A stretch of 61,495 nt of DNA, filler included. It is 8 parts of 8 records of this genome, joined end to end, with 100 filler letters (N's around TTAATTAATTAA, not from the genome) between each part and the next. Parts side by side here need not be neighbours in the genome. Positions count along the whole stretch, not along the records: positions 8,053 to 16,697 come from SRR31156797_65403; positions 16,798 to 22,067 come from SRR31156797_65412; 6 more parts are not named here. One strand, 5' to 3'. The notes beneath the pieces were generated by a model, which was not told the origin of the DNA, ran no database searches, and saw nothing but the letters and a program-made list of their open reading frames with translations. A program made the translations under genes and the position numbers. This document shows positions 8,932-18,299 of this stretch, in pieces; within the stretch, counting starts at the first letter, position 1; each line of letters starts with the position of its first letter.

Positions 8932-10398
8932 ATGAACGGCGTGAATAGAAAATGGTATGACGGGATGGCGTATCAGGAGGACTGGTGGGCGGTTTGGCTC
9001 GGCCTCATCATGTTCGCCGCTGGTCTGCTATCCATTTGGGGTATCGATGCGGTTGGCTGGTTCGCCAAACCGACAACCTGGGTCTTTGGCGAAGGCACGA
9101 CCTTCTACAAGGTTTCCGGTGCGGCCTACAAAGGCATGAGCCAATGGACGGCCATCGGCATCACCTATGTCGTATGGACGGCTCTGGTCTGCATCGGCGC
9201 CTATTTCCAGAAACTGGACGTGAAGAAATTCTGGCAGGGCTGGACGATCCTGTTCGTCGTGACATACGTCGTGGTGGCGATCGGCTTTGAAGCGCATCTG
9301 TCGGCGCCCATCAACAAGTTCGAAAAATACGGTCTGACCTGGGGTCTGTCCCTGGGCAGCGGCGTTGCCTTCATCCTGTGCCTGATCGCCGGCCTGGTCA
9401 TCGGCAACTTCATCAAGCCGTTGGCCGAATTCATGAAGGTTGCTTGCAAGCCCGAATGGTACATCAAGACCGCCATCGTCTATCTCGGCATCAAGGTCGG
9501 CGTCATGTCCATGCAGGCTGCCGGCATGACCTTCGAACTCGCGCTGGCCGGTGCCTGCGCGACCTTCGTCGCCTATCTGCTGTTCTGGCCGATCATCTAC
9601 GTCATGGCACGCCGGATGTTCCGCCTGCCGCGTGAATGGGCGGCGGTTCTGTGCTCCGGCATCTCGATCTGCGGCGTCTCGGCGGCCATCGCCACCGGCG
9701 GCGCGATCCGTGCCAAGCCCATCATTGCGGTGATGGTTTCCATGCTGATCGTCGTTTACGCGATGATCGAACTGATCGTCCTGCCCGGTTTCTATTCGAC
9801 CGTGGCGCCCGATCAGCCGATCGTCAACGGCGCCGCCATGGGCATGACGGTGAAAACCGACGGCGCCGACGCCGCCGCCGGTGCCATCCTCGATGAAATC
9901 ATGGTCGCCAACGCCGCCGCCAAGGGCGTCAACTGGCAGCCGGACTGGATCCTGACTTCGGCCATCATGACCAAGATCTGGATCGATATGTTCATCGGCG
10001 TGTGGGCTTTCGTCCTGGCCATCATTTGGGTTTACAAGGTCGATCGCACACCTGGACAGGCCGCGGTCGGAGCATCGGAAATCTGGTTCCGATTCCCGAA
10101 ATTCGTCATCGGCTATGTCTTCTGTTGGTTCTTCTATGTCGCCATCGCGATGTTCGCTCCGGACATCATCAAGGCGGCAAAGGTCGGTGCCGGCACGGTC
10201 CAAAGCCCAATGCGCAAGTTCATGTTCATGCTGACCTTCGTCGCAATGGGTTGCATCACCGATTTCAGCAAGTTGCGCGGCATGGGCCGGTTGGCCCTGC
10301 TCTACGGCATCGCCCTGGTGGTGATTATCGCCCCGATCGCTTACTTCGTGGCGTGGGTCTTCCACCGCGGGATGACGCCGCCGCTCGTTGGCGCCTGA
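8932..10398 (+). CDS. YeiH/putative sulfate exporter (PSE) family transporter
   Basis: EDWWAVWLG, GISICGVSAAIAT, WFRFPKFVIG, many TM helices. Confidence 0.88.
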   Translation: MNGVNRKWYDGMAYQEDWWAVWLGLIMFAAGLLSIWGIDAVGWFAKPTTWVFGEGTTFYKVSGAAYKGMSQWTAIGITYVVWTALVCIGAYFQKLDVKKFWQGWTILFVVTYVVVAIGFEAHLSAPINKFEKYGLTWGLSLGSGVAFILCLIAGLVIGNFIKPLAEFMKVACKPEWYIKTAIVYLGIKVGVMSMQAAGMTFELALAGACATFVAYLLFWPIIYVMARRMFRLPREWAAVLCSGISICGVSAAIATGGAIRAKPIIAVMVSMLIVVYAMIELIVLPGFYSTVAPDQPIVNGAAMGMTVKTDGADAAAGAILDEIMVANAAAKGVNWQPDWILTSAIMTKIWIDMFIGVWAFVLAIIWVYKVDRTPGQAAVGASEIWFRFPKFVIGYVFCWFFYVAIAMFAPDIIKAAKVGAGTVQSPMRKFMFMLTFVAMGCITDFSKLRGMGRLALLYGIALVVIIAPIAYFVAWVFHRGMTPPLVGA

Positions 10399-10424
10399 TA
10401 GCCCGAGCGTAAGAAACTCTGTCG

Positions 10425-10471
10425 AAAAGCCTTCGCCCGACCGGGAATTCCCGGTCGGGTGGGGGTTTTTT
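10425..10471 (+). terminator. Bidirectional Rho-independent terminator
   Basis: AAAAGCCTTCGCCCGACCGGGAA/TTCCCGGTCGGGTGGGGGTTTTTT between convergent genes. Confidence 0.8.
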
Positions 10472-10527
10472 CGTTTGTCCTGGAAATCGCGCCAACGGCC
10501 CGCCCGGATTACCGGCGTCCGGGATGC

Positions 10528-11943
10528 CTACTCGACCTTGAGTATCCGCAACAGATTGGTCGTCCCCGGCCGTTTGAACGGCACCCCGGCCGTTACCACC
10601 AACGAATCCCCGGGTACCGCCATGCCCTGTTCGACCGCCACCCGATTGGCTTCGCGGGAAACGTCGGTCATGCTGTTGACGACACGGGTTCGGACCGGTT
10701 GCACGCCCCAGGCCAGGGCGATACGCCGGGCGATGCGCGCATCCGTGGTCATGCCGAGGATCGGCACGTCGGGACGTTCCCTGGAAGCCCGAAGGGTCGT
10801 CGACCCGGTCGCCGTGAAAGTAACGATGGCGGCCGCCGATATGGTATGCGCCGTTTGCTTCGCCGCCGCCGTTATGGCGTCCTCGGCCGTCGGTTGCGGT
10901 TCGCGGCGCTGGGCGTCGATCAACGGGCGGAACAGCGGATCCCGTTCGACCCGATGGATGATCCGGCTCATCATGCCGACCGCCTCCACCGGGTGTTTGC
11001 CGACCGCCGTTTCCGCCGACAGCATGACCGCATCGGCGCCGTCATAGACCGCGGTCGCCACATCGGACGCCTCGGCCCGGGTCGGGACCGGCGCATGGAC
11101 CATGGAATCCAGCATCTGGGTTGCGACGATGACCGGTTTGCCGGCATGGCGGCAGGCCCGGATGATGCGTTTCTGCAGGGTCGGGACGTCTTCCGGCGGC
11201 ACTTCGACGCCAAGATCGCCGCGCGCCACCATCACCGCATCGGCCAGATCGACAATTTCGTAAAGCTCGTCGATGGCGGCCGGTTTTTCCAGCTTCGCCA
11301 GGACCGCGGCGCGGCCGTCGACAACAGCCATCGCCTCGGCGACGTCGTCGGCCTTTTGCACGAACGACAGCGCCACCCAATCGACCCCGAGCCCAAGCCC
11401 GAATTCGAGGTCATTGCGGTCCTTTTCCGTCATCGGTGAAATATCGAGCAAGGCGTTCGGAAGGTTCACGCCCTTGTTGTCGGAAAGCCCTCCTCCGACC
11501 TCGATCCGCGTTTCGGCGAAATCCGGACCGCTGTTTTCGACCCGGAGCCGGATCGCCCCGTCGTTGATCAACAGGCGCATGCCCGGTTCCAGCGCCGAGA
11601 AAACCTCGGGATGCAACAGGGGCGCTCGCGTCTTGTCGCCCGGCTCCTCGTCCATATCGAGCCGAAAGGTCGAATCGCTGGCCAAGTTGGCCTTGCCGTC
11701 GCTTATCCGTCCGACCCGCAGTTTCGGGCCCTGCAGGTCCATCAAAATGCCGATGGGCCGGCCGATTTCCCTCTCCAGCTTGCGAATGGTCTTGAAATTC
11801 CGCTCGTGATCGCGGTGGCTGCCGTGGCTGAAATTCAGCCGGAATACGTTGGCGCCGGCTTCAACCAACTCGGCAATGGCCTCGGGCGACGACGTTGCGG
11901 GCCCCAGGGTAGCGACAATCTTGGCGCTTCTGAAAATATTCAT
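10528..11943 (-). CDS. pyk: Pyruvate kinase
   Basis: KIVATLGPA, FRLNFSHG, DLQGPKLR, MVARGDLGVE, ATQMLDSM, DAVMLSAET. Confidence 0.97.
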   Translation of the reverse strand: MNIFRSAKIVATLGPATSSPEAIAELVEAGANVFRLNFSHGSHRDHERNFKTIRKLEREIGRPIGILMDLQGPKLRVGRISDGKANLASDSTFRLDMDEEPGDKTRAPLLHPEVFSALEPGMRLLINDGAIRLRVENSGPDFAETRIEVGGGLSDNKGVNLPNALLDISPMTEKDRNDLEFGLGLGVDWVALSFVQKADDVAEAMAVVDGRAAVLAKLEKPAAIDELYEIVDLADAVMVARGDLGVEVPPEDVPTLQKRIIRACRHAGKPVIVATQMLDSMVHAPVPTRAEASDVATAVYDGADAVMLSAETAVGKHPVEAVGMMSRIIHRVERDPLFRPLIDAQRREPQPTAEDAITAAAKQTAHTISAAAIVTFTATGSTTLRASRERPDVPILGMTTDARIARRIALAWGVQPVRTRVVNSMTDVSREANRVAVEQGMAVPGDSLVVTAGVPFKRPGTTNLLRILKVE

Positions 11944-12078
11944 GACGGAACAATAGGAACACGTTGCGGTGGTTCGCCAGTGAAAATTTATTGAACCCGG
12001 CAATTTCGCGCCCAAGTGGATCAAATCGTCCGCAGACTGTAGGATGGCTTCTGCATACGGTTTGGCACGGAAAATCCC

Positions 12079-12483
12079 ATGTTCAAAAAAATCCGTAAGG
12101 CGTTAGGCGGGACGCGGAAGAAGAAGCAGACGGAGCCGAAGCTGGCCGCCGGCGAAGGCATTCGCCTGTTGGCGGCGGCCCTGCCCGAACCCGAGACCCC
12201 TGCCCCGAAACCCGCCGCCCGGACCGCCGTTCCGGCGCCCCAACCGCAAGCGGCCGCTTCGGACGAACCGGCGGAACAGCCCGATCCGCGGGAACTCGCC
12301 GCCGCCACCCGCAAAAGCCTGATCGACGAAGCCATGCGGATCCGGGCCGAAAAGGCGAAAGACCTGGAAAAAATCCCGGCCAAAGATCGCGAGCGCCTGC
12401 GCCGCCTTGCCGAAAAAATGATGGGCGCGGAACCCGATGATGAACCGGGACCTCCGGGAAGCAAGCGACAAACCCGGCATTGA
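12079..12483 (+). CDS. Hypothetical Pro/Ala-rich protein
   Basis: 134-aa ORF translationally coupled to meaB (4-bp overlap). Confidence 0.6.
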   Translation: MFKKIRKALGGTRKKKQTEPKLAAGEGIRLLAAALPEPETPAPKPAARTAVPAPQPQAAASDEPAEQPDPRELAAATRKSLIDEAMRIRAEKAKDLEKIPAKDRERLRRLAEKMMGAEPDDEPGPPGSKRQTRH

Positions 12484-13493
12484 CGCAAGCGGGAGAGCCG
12501 GCGTTGCCTCGATCCGATCCTGATACCCTGATCAAGAAAATAGTCGGCGGCGACCGCCGGGCGTTGGCCCAGGCCATCACGCTTGCCGAATCGACCCGAA
12601 ACGACGACCGGCAATCAACCACCCGATTGATCTCGGCGATTGCCGGCCACACCGGCGGCGCCATCCGCATCGGCATTTCCGGCGCGCCCGGCGCCGGCAA
12701 ATCCACCTTCATCGAAGCCTTCGGCCTGCATTTGATCGACCAGGGGAAAAAAGTTGCAGTCCTCGCCGTCGATCCGTCGAGCCCGCGCAGCGGCGGCTCC
12801 ATCCTCGGCGACAAAACCCGCATGGAACGCCTCAGCCGCAACACATGCGCCTTCGTCCGCCCCTCGCCTTCCGGCGGCACCCTTGGCGGCGTCGCCCGGC
12901 GTACCCGCGAAGCGATCGGCCTGTGCGAAGCCGCCGGCCACGACGTCGCCATCGTCGAAACCGTCGGCACCGGCCAATCGGAAGCCGCCGTCGCCGATCT
13001 GGTCGACGTCTTTCTGCTTCTGCTGGCCCCCGGCGGCGGCGACGAACTGCAGGGCATGAAACGCGGCGTTGTCGAACTGGCCGACATCATCGTCGTCAAC
13101 AAGGCAGACGGCGACTTGCTTGCGGCGGCCGAACGGGCCCGGACGGACTATTCGAATGCCCTGCACCTGCTGGCGCCGCGATCGAAGAATTGGGCGACGC
13201 CGGTATTGCTGGCTTCCGCCCTCGAAGGAAAAGGCATCGACGCGGTATGGCAACAGATCGGGCGGTATCTGAATATCCACAGCGGCCCGGACGGCATTGC
13301 GGCGCGCCGGGCCGGACAGGCGCGGGCCTGGATGTGGACCGCCATCGACGACGGCCTGAAATCGCGTCTGCACGAAAACCCGGATAATCGACGTTTCATC
13401 GCCGAACTGGAAGACCGGGTCGGCGCCGGCGCGATAACCCCGACCGAAGCCGCCGAACTGGCGCTGGCCCGGTTGCTGAAAACCGAAACATGA
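12480..13493 (+). CDS. meaB: Methylmalonyl-CoA mutase-associated GTPase MeaB
   Basis: GAPGAGKST, AVDPSS..SGGSILGDKTRM, VETVGTGQSE, GDELQGMKRG, NKAD. Confidence 0.96.
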   Translation: MTQAGEPALPRSDPDTLIKKIVGGDRRALAQAITLAESTRNDDRQSTTRLISAIAGHTGGAIRIGISGAPGAGKSTFIEAFGLHLIDQGKKVAVLAVDPSSPRSGGSILGDKTRMERLSRNTCAFVRPSPSGGTLGGVARRTREAIGLCEAAGHDVAIVETVGTGQSEAAVADLVDVFLLLLAPGGGDELQGMKRGVVELADIIVVNKADGDLLAAAERARTDYSNALHLLAPRSKNWATPVLLASALEGKGIDAVWQQIGRYLNIHSGPDGIAARRAGQARAWMWTAIDDGLKSRLHENPDNRRFIAELEDRVGAGAITPTEAAELALARLLKTET

Positions 13494-13584
13494 TTATTGC
13501 CCGGACCTGATCGCTGGAATCGGCTGTAAACGCGTGTTAGTTTCCGTCCCGTTCCCGATCGTTTGTTTGAAAGGATGTTTTAAG

Positions 13585-14133
13585 ATGATGCGTTCCCTGA
13601 TGGCCTCCTTCGGCGTCATGTTGATCCCCTTCCTGACGGCGGGATTGGCCAAGGCGGCGGATCTCGAAAACATTCTTTACCTCGACCTGAAGGACGGCCG
13701 GGTGGTCATCGAACTGCGCCCGGACCTGGCGCCGAACCACGTCAAACGCATCAAGGAACTGGTCCGCGAGGGGTTCTACGACGGCGTGCCGTTCCACCGC
13801 GTCATTTCCGGTTTCATGGCGCAGACCGGCGATCCGACCGGCACCGGGCGCGGCGGATCGGGCCAGAACCTGGACGCCGAGTTCTCGGACGAACCGCATG
13901 TGCGCGGTACCGTCTCGATGGCCCGGGCGCAAAGCCCGGACAGCGCCGATTCCCAGTTTTTCATCGTCTATGCGACGTCCGACTTCCTCGACGGCCAGTA
14001 CACGGTCTGGGGTCAGGTCACCGAGGGCATGGTCCACGTCGGCAAGATCAAGAAGGGCGACGAGGCGCGCAACGGCATGGTCATCGAACCCGACGTCATC
14101 GTCAAAATGCAGGTGGCCGCCGACGCTGAATAG
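13585..14133 (+). CDS. Periplasmic cyclophilin-type peptidyl-prolyl isomerase
   Basis: Signal peptide; FHRVISGFMAQTGDP, SMARA, SQFFI, LDGQYTVWG. Confidence 0.95.
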   Translation: MMRSLMASFGVMLIPFLTAGLAKAADLENILYLDLKDGRVVIELRPDLAPNHVKRIKELVREGFYDGVPFHRVISGFMAQTGDPTGTGRGGSGQNLDAEFSDEPHVRGTVSMARAQSPDSADSQFFIVYATSDFLDGQYTVWGQVTEGMVHVGKIKKGDEARNGMVIEPDVIVKMQVAADAE

Positions 14134-14179
14134 CGCGCCGACGGTATTGCCGCTTTTCTTCCGTTTGCTCGCTTGAGGG

Positions 14180-16697
14180 TTAGCCGGTGCCCGTCAAGGC
14201 CGCCTCGATGGCATCCATGGCCGCCTGGGCGCTGGCCCCGTCGGGACCGCCGGCCTGGGCCATGTCCGGCCGGCCGCCGCCGCCCTTGCCGCCGACCGCC
14301 GCCGATCCGGCCCGGACCAGATCGATGGCGCTCAAGCGCTCGGTCAGATCGTCGGTAACGCCGACCACCAGCGACGCCTTGCCGCCCGATACGCTGATCA
14401 GGGCGACGACGCCGGATCCGACCTGCTTTTTCAGATCGTCGGCCAAGCCCTTCAAATCCTTGGCCGGCATGTCCTCGAGCAGGCGCGGTGCGAACTTGAT
14501 GCCGGCGATTTCCTTCACATCGCCGCCACCGGACGAGGCGCCGCCGCCTGCCGCCAGCTTGCGCCTGGCCTCGGCCAGTTCGCGCTCCAGCGCCCGGCGC
14601 TCGTCAAGCAGGGCGGCAACCCGGCCCGGCACCTCGCTTGGTGCCGCCTTCAGGACCGCCGCCGTTTCCTCCAGCCGCTCGCCCTGGCCGTGCAGATAGT
14701 CGTAGGCGGCATCGCCGGTCAGGCATTCGAGCCGGCGCACGCCGGCCGCGACCGCGCCTTCGGACACCACCTTGAAAACGCCGATATCGCCGGTCCGCCG
14801 CACGTGGGTGCCGCCGCACAGTTCGGTCGAATAGACGCCGTCGCCTTCCCATCCCATGGTGACGACGCGCACTTCCTCGCCGTATTTTTCGCCGAACAGC
14901 GCCATGGCGCCGGCCTTGACCGCGTCTTCCGGGTCCATCAAGCGTGTGGTGACGTCGGCGTTGACGCGGATCTGTTCATTGACCTTGCGTTCGACCTCGG
15001 TCAGTTCGTCCGGCGCAATCGCCTTCGGATGGCTGATGTCGAAGCGCATACGGTCCGACGATACCAACGATCCTTTCTGGGTGACGTGATTGCCCAGCTT
15101 TTCGCGCAGGGCCGCGTGCAAAAGATGAGTCACCGAATGGTTGCGGCGGATACGGCCGCGGTTCTCGTGACCAACTTCGAGTATCGCCTCGTCGCCGACC
15201 TTGATTTCGCCCTTCGCCACGCGACCGACATGGACGTGGAAATCGCCCAGTTTTTTCTGGGTTTCGGTGATGTCGACGGATACGTCCGAGCCGACTCTGA
15301 TCTCGCCGATATCGCCGACCTGGCCGCCCGATTCGCCGTAGAACGGCGTCTGGTTTACGACGATGGCGACTTCTTTGCCTTCACCGGCGGCATCGATGGC
15401 CTTGCCGTCGACGACGATGGCCAATACCTGGCCTTCGGCGTTTTCGGTGTCGTAGCCAAGGAATTCGGTGGCGCCCAGTTTTTCGCGCAATTCGAACCAG
15501 ACTTTTTCGGTCGCCGCATCGCCGGAACCTGCCCAGGCCTTGCGGGCCTCGGCGCGTTGGCGTTCCATGGCGGTATCGAAACCGTCGGTATCGACCTCGA
15601 TATCCTTGGCCTTCAGTGCATCCTGGGTCAGATCGAGCGGGAAGCCATAGGTGTCGTAAAGTTTGAAGGCGACATCGCCGGGCAAACGCCCCTTGTCGTC
15701 CAATTCGGTGACGGCGTCGTCCAACAGTCTAAGCCCGCGCTCCAGGGTCTGCTTGAAGCGGGTTTCCTCGAGCTTCAGCGTTTCCTCGATCAGCGGCTGG
15801 GCCCGCTCGAGCTCGGAAAACGCCTGTCCCATCTTGGCGACCAGCGACGGCACCAGTTGCCACATCAGCGGATCGCGATAGCCGATCAGCTGGGCGTGGC
15901 GCATGGCCCGGCGCATGATCCGGCGCAGCACATAGCCGCGGCCCTCGTTCGACGGCAGCACGCCGTCGGCGATGAGGAAACACGAAGCGCGCAGATGGTC
16001 GGCGATGACCCGGTGCGAAATCCGATGGTCGCCGTCGGGATCGGTTTTGGTGATATCGGCAGACGCCTGGATCAGGGCCCGCAGCAGATCGGTTTCGTAA
16101 TTATCGTGGGTGCCCTGCATGACCGCAGCCGTGCGCTCCAGCCCCATGCCGGTATCGATCGACGGTTTCGGCAGGTCGACACGGGTTTCCTTGTCGATCT
16201 GCTCGTATTGCATGAACACCAGATTCCAGATCTCGACGAACCGGTCTCCATCCTCGTCCGGAGAACCCGGTGGGCCTCCCGGAATATGATCGCCGTGATC
16301 GTAAAAGATTTCCGAGCACGGCCCGCACGGCCCGGTATCGCCCATCGCCCAGAAATTGTCGGACGTTGGTATCCGGATGACCTTGTGCTCCGGCAAGCCG
16401 GCAATCTTGCGCCACAGATCGAACGCCTGGTCGTCCTCGGCATAGACGGTGACGCAAAGCTTGTCCTCCGGCAGGCCGTAATCCTTGGTCACCAGTTCCC
16501 ACGCCAATTCGATGGCGGTTTCCTTGAAATAGTCGCCAAACGAGAAATTGCCGAGCATCTCGAAAAACGTGTGATGGCGCGACGTATGGCCGACGTTCTC
16601 CAAATCGTTATGCTTGCCGCCGGCCCTTACACATTTTTGCGACGTCGTGGCACGGCTATAGTCGCGTTTCTCGGCGCCGGTGAAGACGTTCTTGAAC
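14180..16697 (-). CDS. alaS: Alanine--tRNA ligase (5'-partial at contig edge)
   Basis: [59 protein letters not shown]. Confidence 0.98.
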
Positions 16698-16797
16698 NNN
16701 NNNNNNNNNNNNNNNNNNNNNNNNNNNNNNNNNNNNNNNNNTTAATTAATTAANNNNNNNNNNNNNNNNNNNNNNNNNNNNNNNNNNNNNNNNNNNN
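16698..16797. other. Artificial contig spacer 2
   Basis: N44-TTAATTAATTAA-N44. Confidence 0.99.
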
Positions 16798-16827
16798 GTC
16801 ATCCCCGGGCTTGACCCGGGGATCCAC
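16798..16827 (+). repeat. REP-like palindrome, left of the GIY-YIG gene
   Basis: GTCAT-CCCCGGG-CTTGA-CCCGGGG-ATCCAC. Confidence 0.85.
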
Positions 16828-16838
16828 GTGACGACACT

Positions 16839-16868
16839 GGACAGGACAGGACCGGACAGGACCGGACA
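16839..16868 (+). repeat. Pentanucleotide tandem repeat (GGACM)x6
   Basis: GGACA GGACA GGACC GGACA GGACC GGACA, just upstream of the nuclease RBS. Confidence 0.9.
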
Positions 16869-16882
16869 ACGGCGGAGGCGGG

Positions 16883-17170
16883 ATGTCGGGCGGCTGGGTT
16901 TACATCATGTCGAACAAACCGAATGGCGTCCTCTATGTCGGGGTGACGAGCGATCTTGCCCGTCGCGTCCAGGAGCACCGTGATGGCGTCGCCGATGGTT
17001 TCACCAGAAAATATGCACTCAAGCGGCTGGTCTATGCCGAACCGCACGACGATATGCGGACGGCGATCCAGCGGGAAAAGAACCTGAAGCACTGGTCGCG
17101 GACCTGGAAGGTGCGGTTGATCCTGGGCGCGAATCCGCGATGGGACGATCTCTACGATCAACTGATCTGA
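16883..17170 (+). CDS. Small stand-alone GIY-YIG nuclease (UPF0213/Slx1-like)
   Basis: WVYIM...LYVGVTSDLARRVQEH...FTRKY...LVYAE...AIQREK; GGAGG RBS. Confidence 0.93.
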   Translation: MSGGWVYIMSNKPNGVLYVGVTSDLARRVQEHRDGVADGFTRKYALKRLVYAEPHDDMRTAIQREKNLKHWSRTWKVRLILGANPRWDDLYDQLI

Positions 17171-17174
17171 AGGC

Positions 17175-17205
17175 GTGGATGGCCGGATCAAGTCCGGCCA
17201 TGACG
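17175..17205 (-). repeat. REP-like palindrome, right of the GIY-YIG gene (inverted relative to the left copy)
   Basis: Minus strand reads CGTCAT-GGCCGGA-CTTGA-TCCGGCC-ATCCAC. Confidence 0.85.
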
Positions 17206-17236
17206 AGACTTAAAACCGCTGGTTCGCGACCTACGC

Positions 17237-18283
17237 CTAGCCGCCGATGGTCACCGGCTTGTTGGTTTTGGCGCTTTCGTAGATGGCGAGGATGATCTCG
17301 ACCGCCTTGCGGGCTTCCTTGGCATCAACCTGCAACTCGGCCTTGCCGTCCAGGTGGTCCATCAGGTTCCTGAACTGGGCGGCGTGCAGGCGGAAGTCGA
17401 TGGCGGTCGGATCGGCGGCACCGCCGCCGCTGTCGCCCTGGTCAGCAAATTCGGCGCGGATGGCTTCGTCGGCATCGGTTTCGTTAGCGAAGCTCCAGGT
17501 CGTGATGCTTTCTTCCTCGAGCACGGCGGAGCCCTCAACGCCGGAAATCTCGATCTTCTTGAAGGAACCCGGATAGACCGCGGTCGAGCCTTCGATGACG
17601 CCCATGGCACCGCCGGCGAATCGCAGGACGGCGACCGAGACGTCTTCATAGTCCAGGCGTTCGTGGCCCAGGGTATCGGCGTATGCGTAAACGGTTTCGA
17701 CCGGCCCCATGTACCATTGCAGCAGGTCGATGGCGTGGATGGCCTGGTTCATCAGTGCGCCGCCGCCGTCCAAGGCGAGCGTGCCGCGCGCCGCCCGGCC
17801 GTCGTAATAATCCTGGCTGCGGAACCATTTGATATAGGCGTCGCCCAAGACGATGCGGCCGAAACGGTTTTGATCGACGGCCTGCTTCAGGACTTCGGCG
17901 CCGCGAATGAAACGGTTCTGGAAAACGCAGGCGGCGACGACGCCTTTTTTCTCGGCGGCGTCGATGATGGCGTCGCAGCGTTCGAGCGTCACGTCGAGCG
18001 GTTTTTCGATGATGACGTTCTTGCCCGCTTCGATGGCGGCCAGGGCGGGTTCCATGTGCAGGGCCGACGGCGTGCAGATGGTAACGATGGAAATGTCCGG
18101 ATCGTCGACGAGGGCCTGCAGGTCGGCATACGGCTTGCCGGGGAATTCCCGGCTGAATTTGGCGAGGCTTTCGGGGTTCGAATCATAGGCGCCGACGAAT
18201 TGCGCGTCGCCCAGGGTTTCAATGGCGCGCGCATGAAAGGCGCCGATGGTGCCCGTACCGATAATTCCAAATCCGTGTGTCAT
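17237..18283 (-). CDS. Gfo/Idh/MocA family NAD(P)-dependent oxidoreductase
   Basis: GIIGTGTIG, ICTPSALH, IEKP, GGGALMNQAIHAID. Confidence 0.93.
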   Translation of the reverse strand: MTHGFGIIGTGTIGAFHARAIETLGDAQFVGAYDSNPESLAKFSREFPGKPYADLQALVDDPDISIVTICTPSALHMEPALAAIEAGKNVIIEKPLDVTLERCDAIIDAAEKKGVVAACVFQNRFIRGAEVLKQAVDQNRFGRIVLGDAYIKWFRSQDYYDGRAARGTLALDGGGALMNQAIHAIDLLQWYMGPVETVYAYADTLGHERLDYEDVSVAVLRFAGGAMGVIEGSTAVYPGSFKKIEISGVEGSAVLEEESITTWSFANETDADEAIRAEFADQGDSGGGAADPTAIDFRLHAAQFRNLMDHLDGKAELQVDAKEARKAVEIILAIYESAKTNKPVTIGG

Positions 18284-18299
18284 GGTTTATTTCCCCCGT

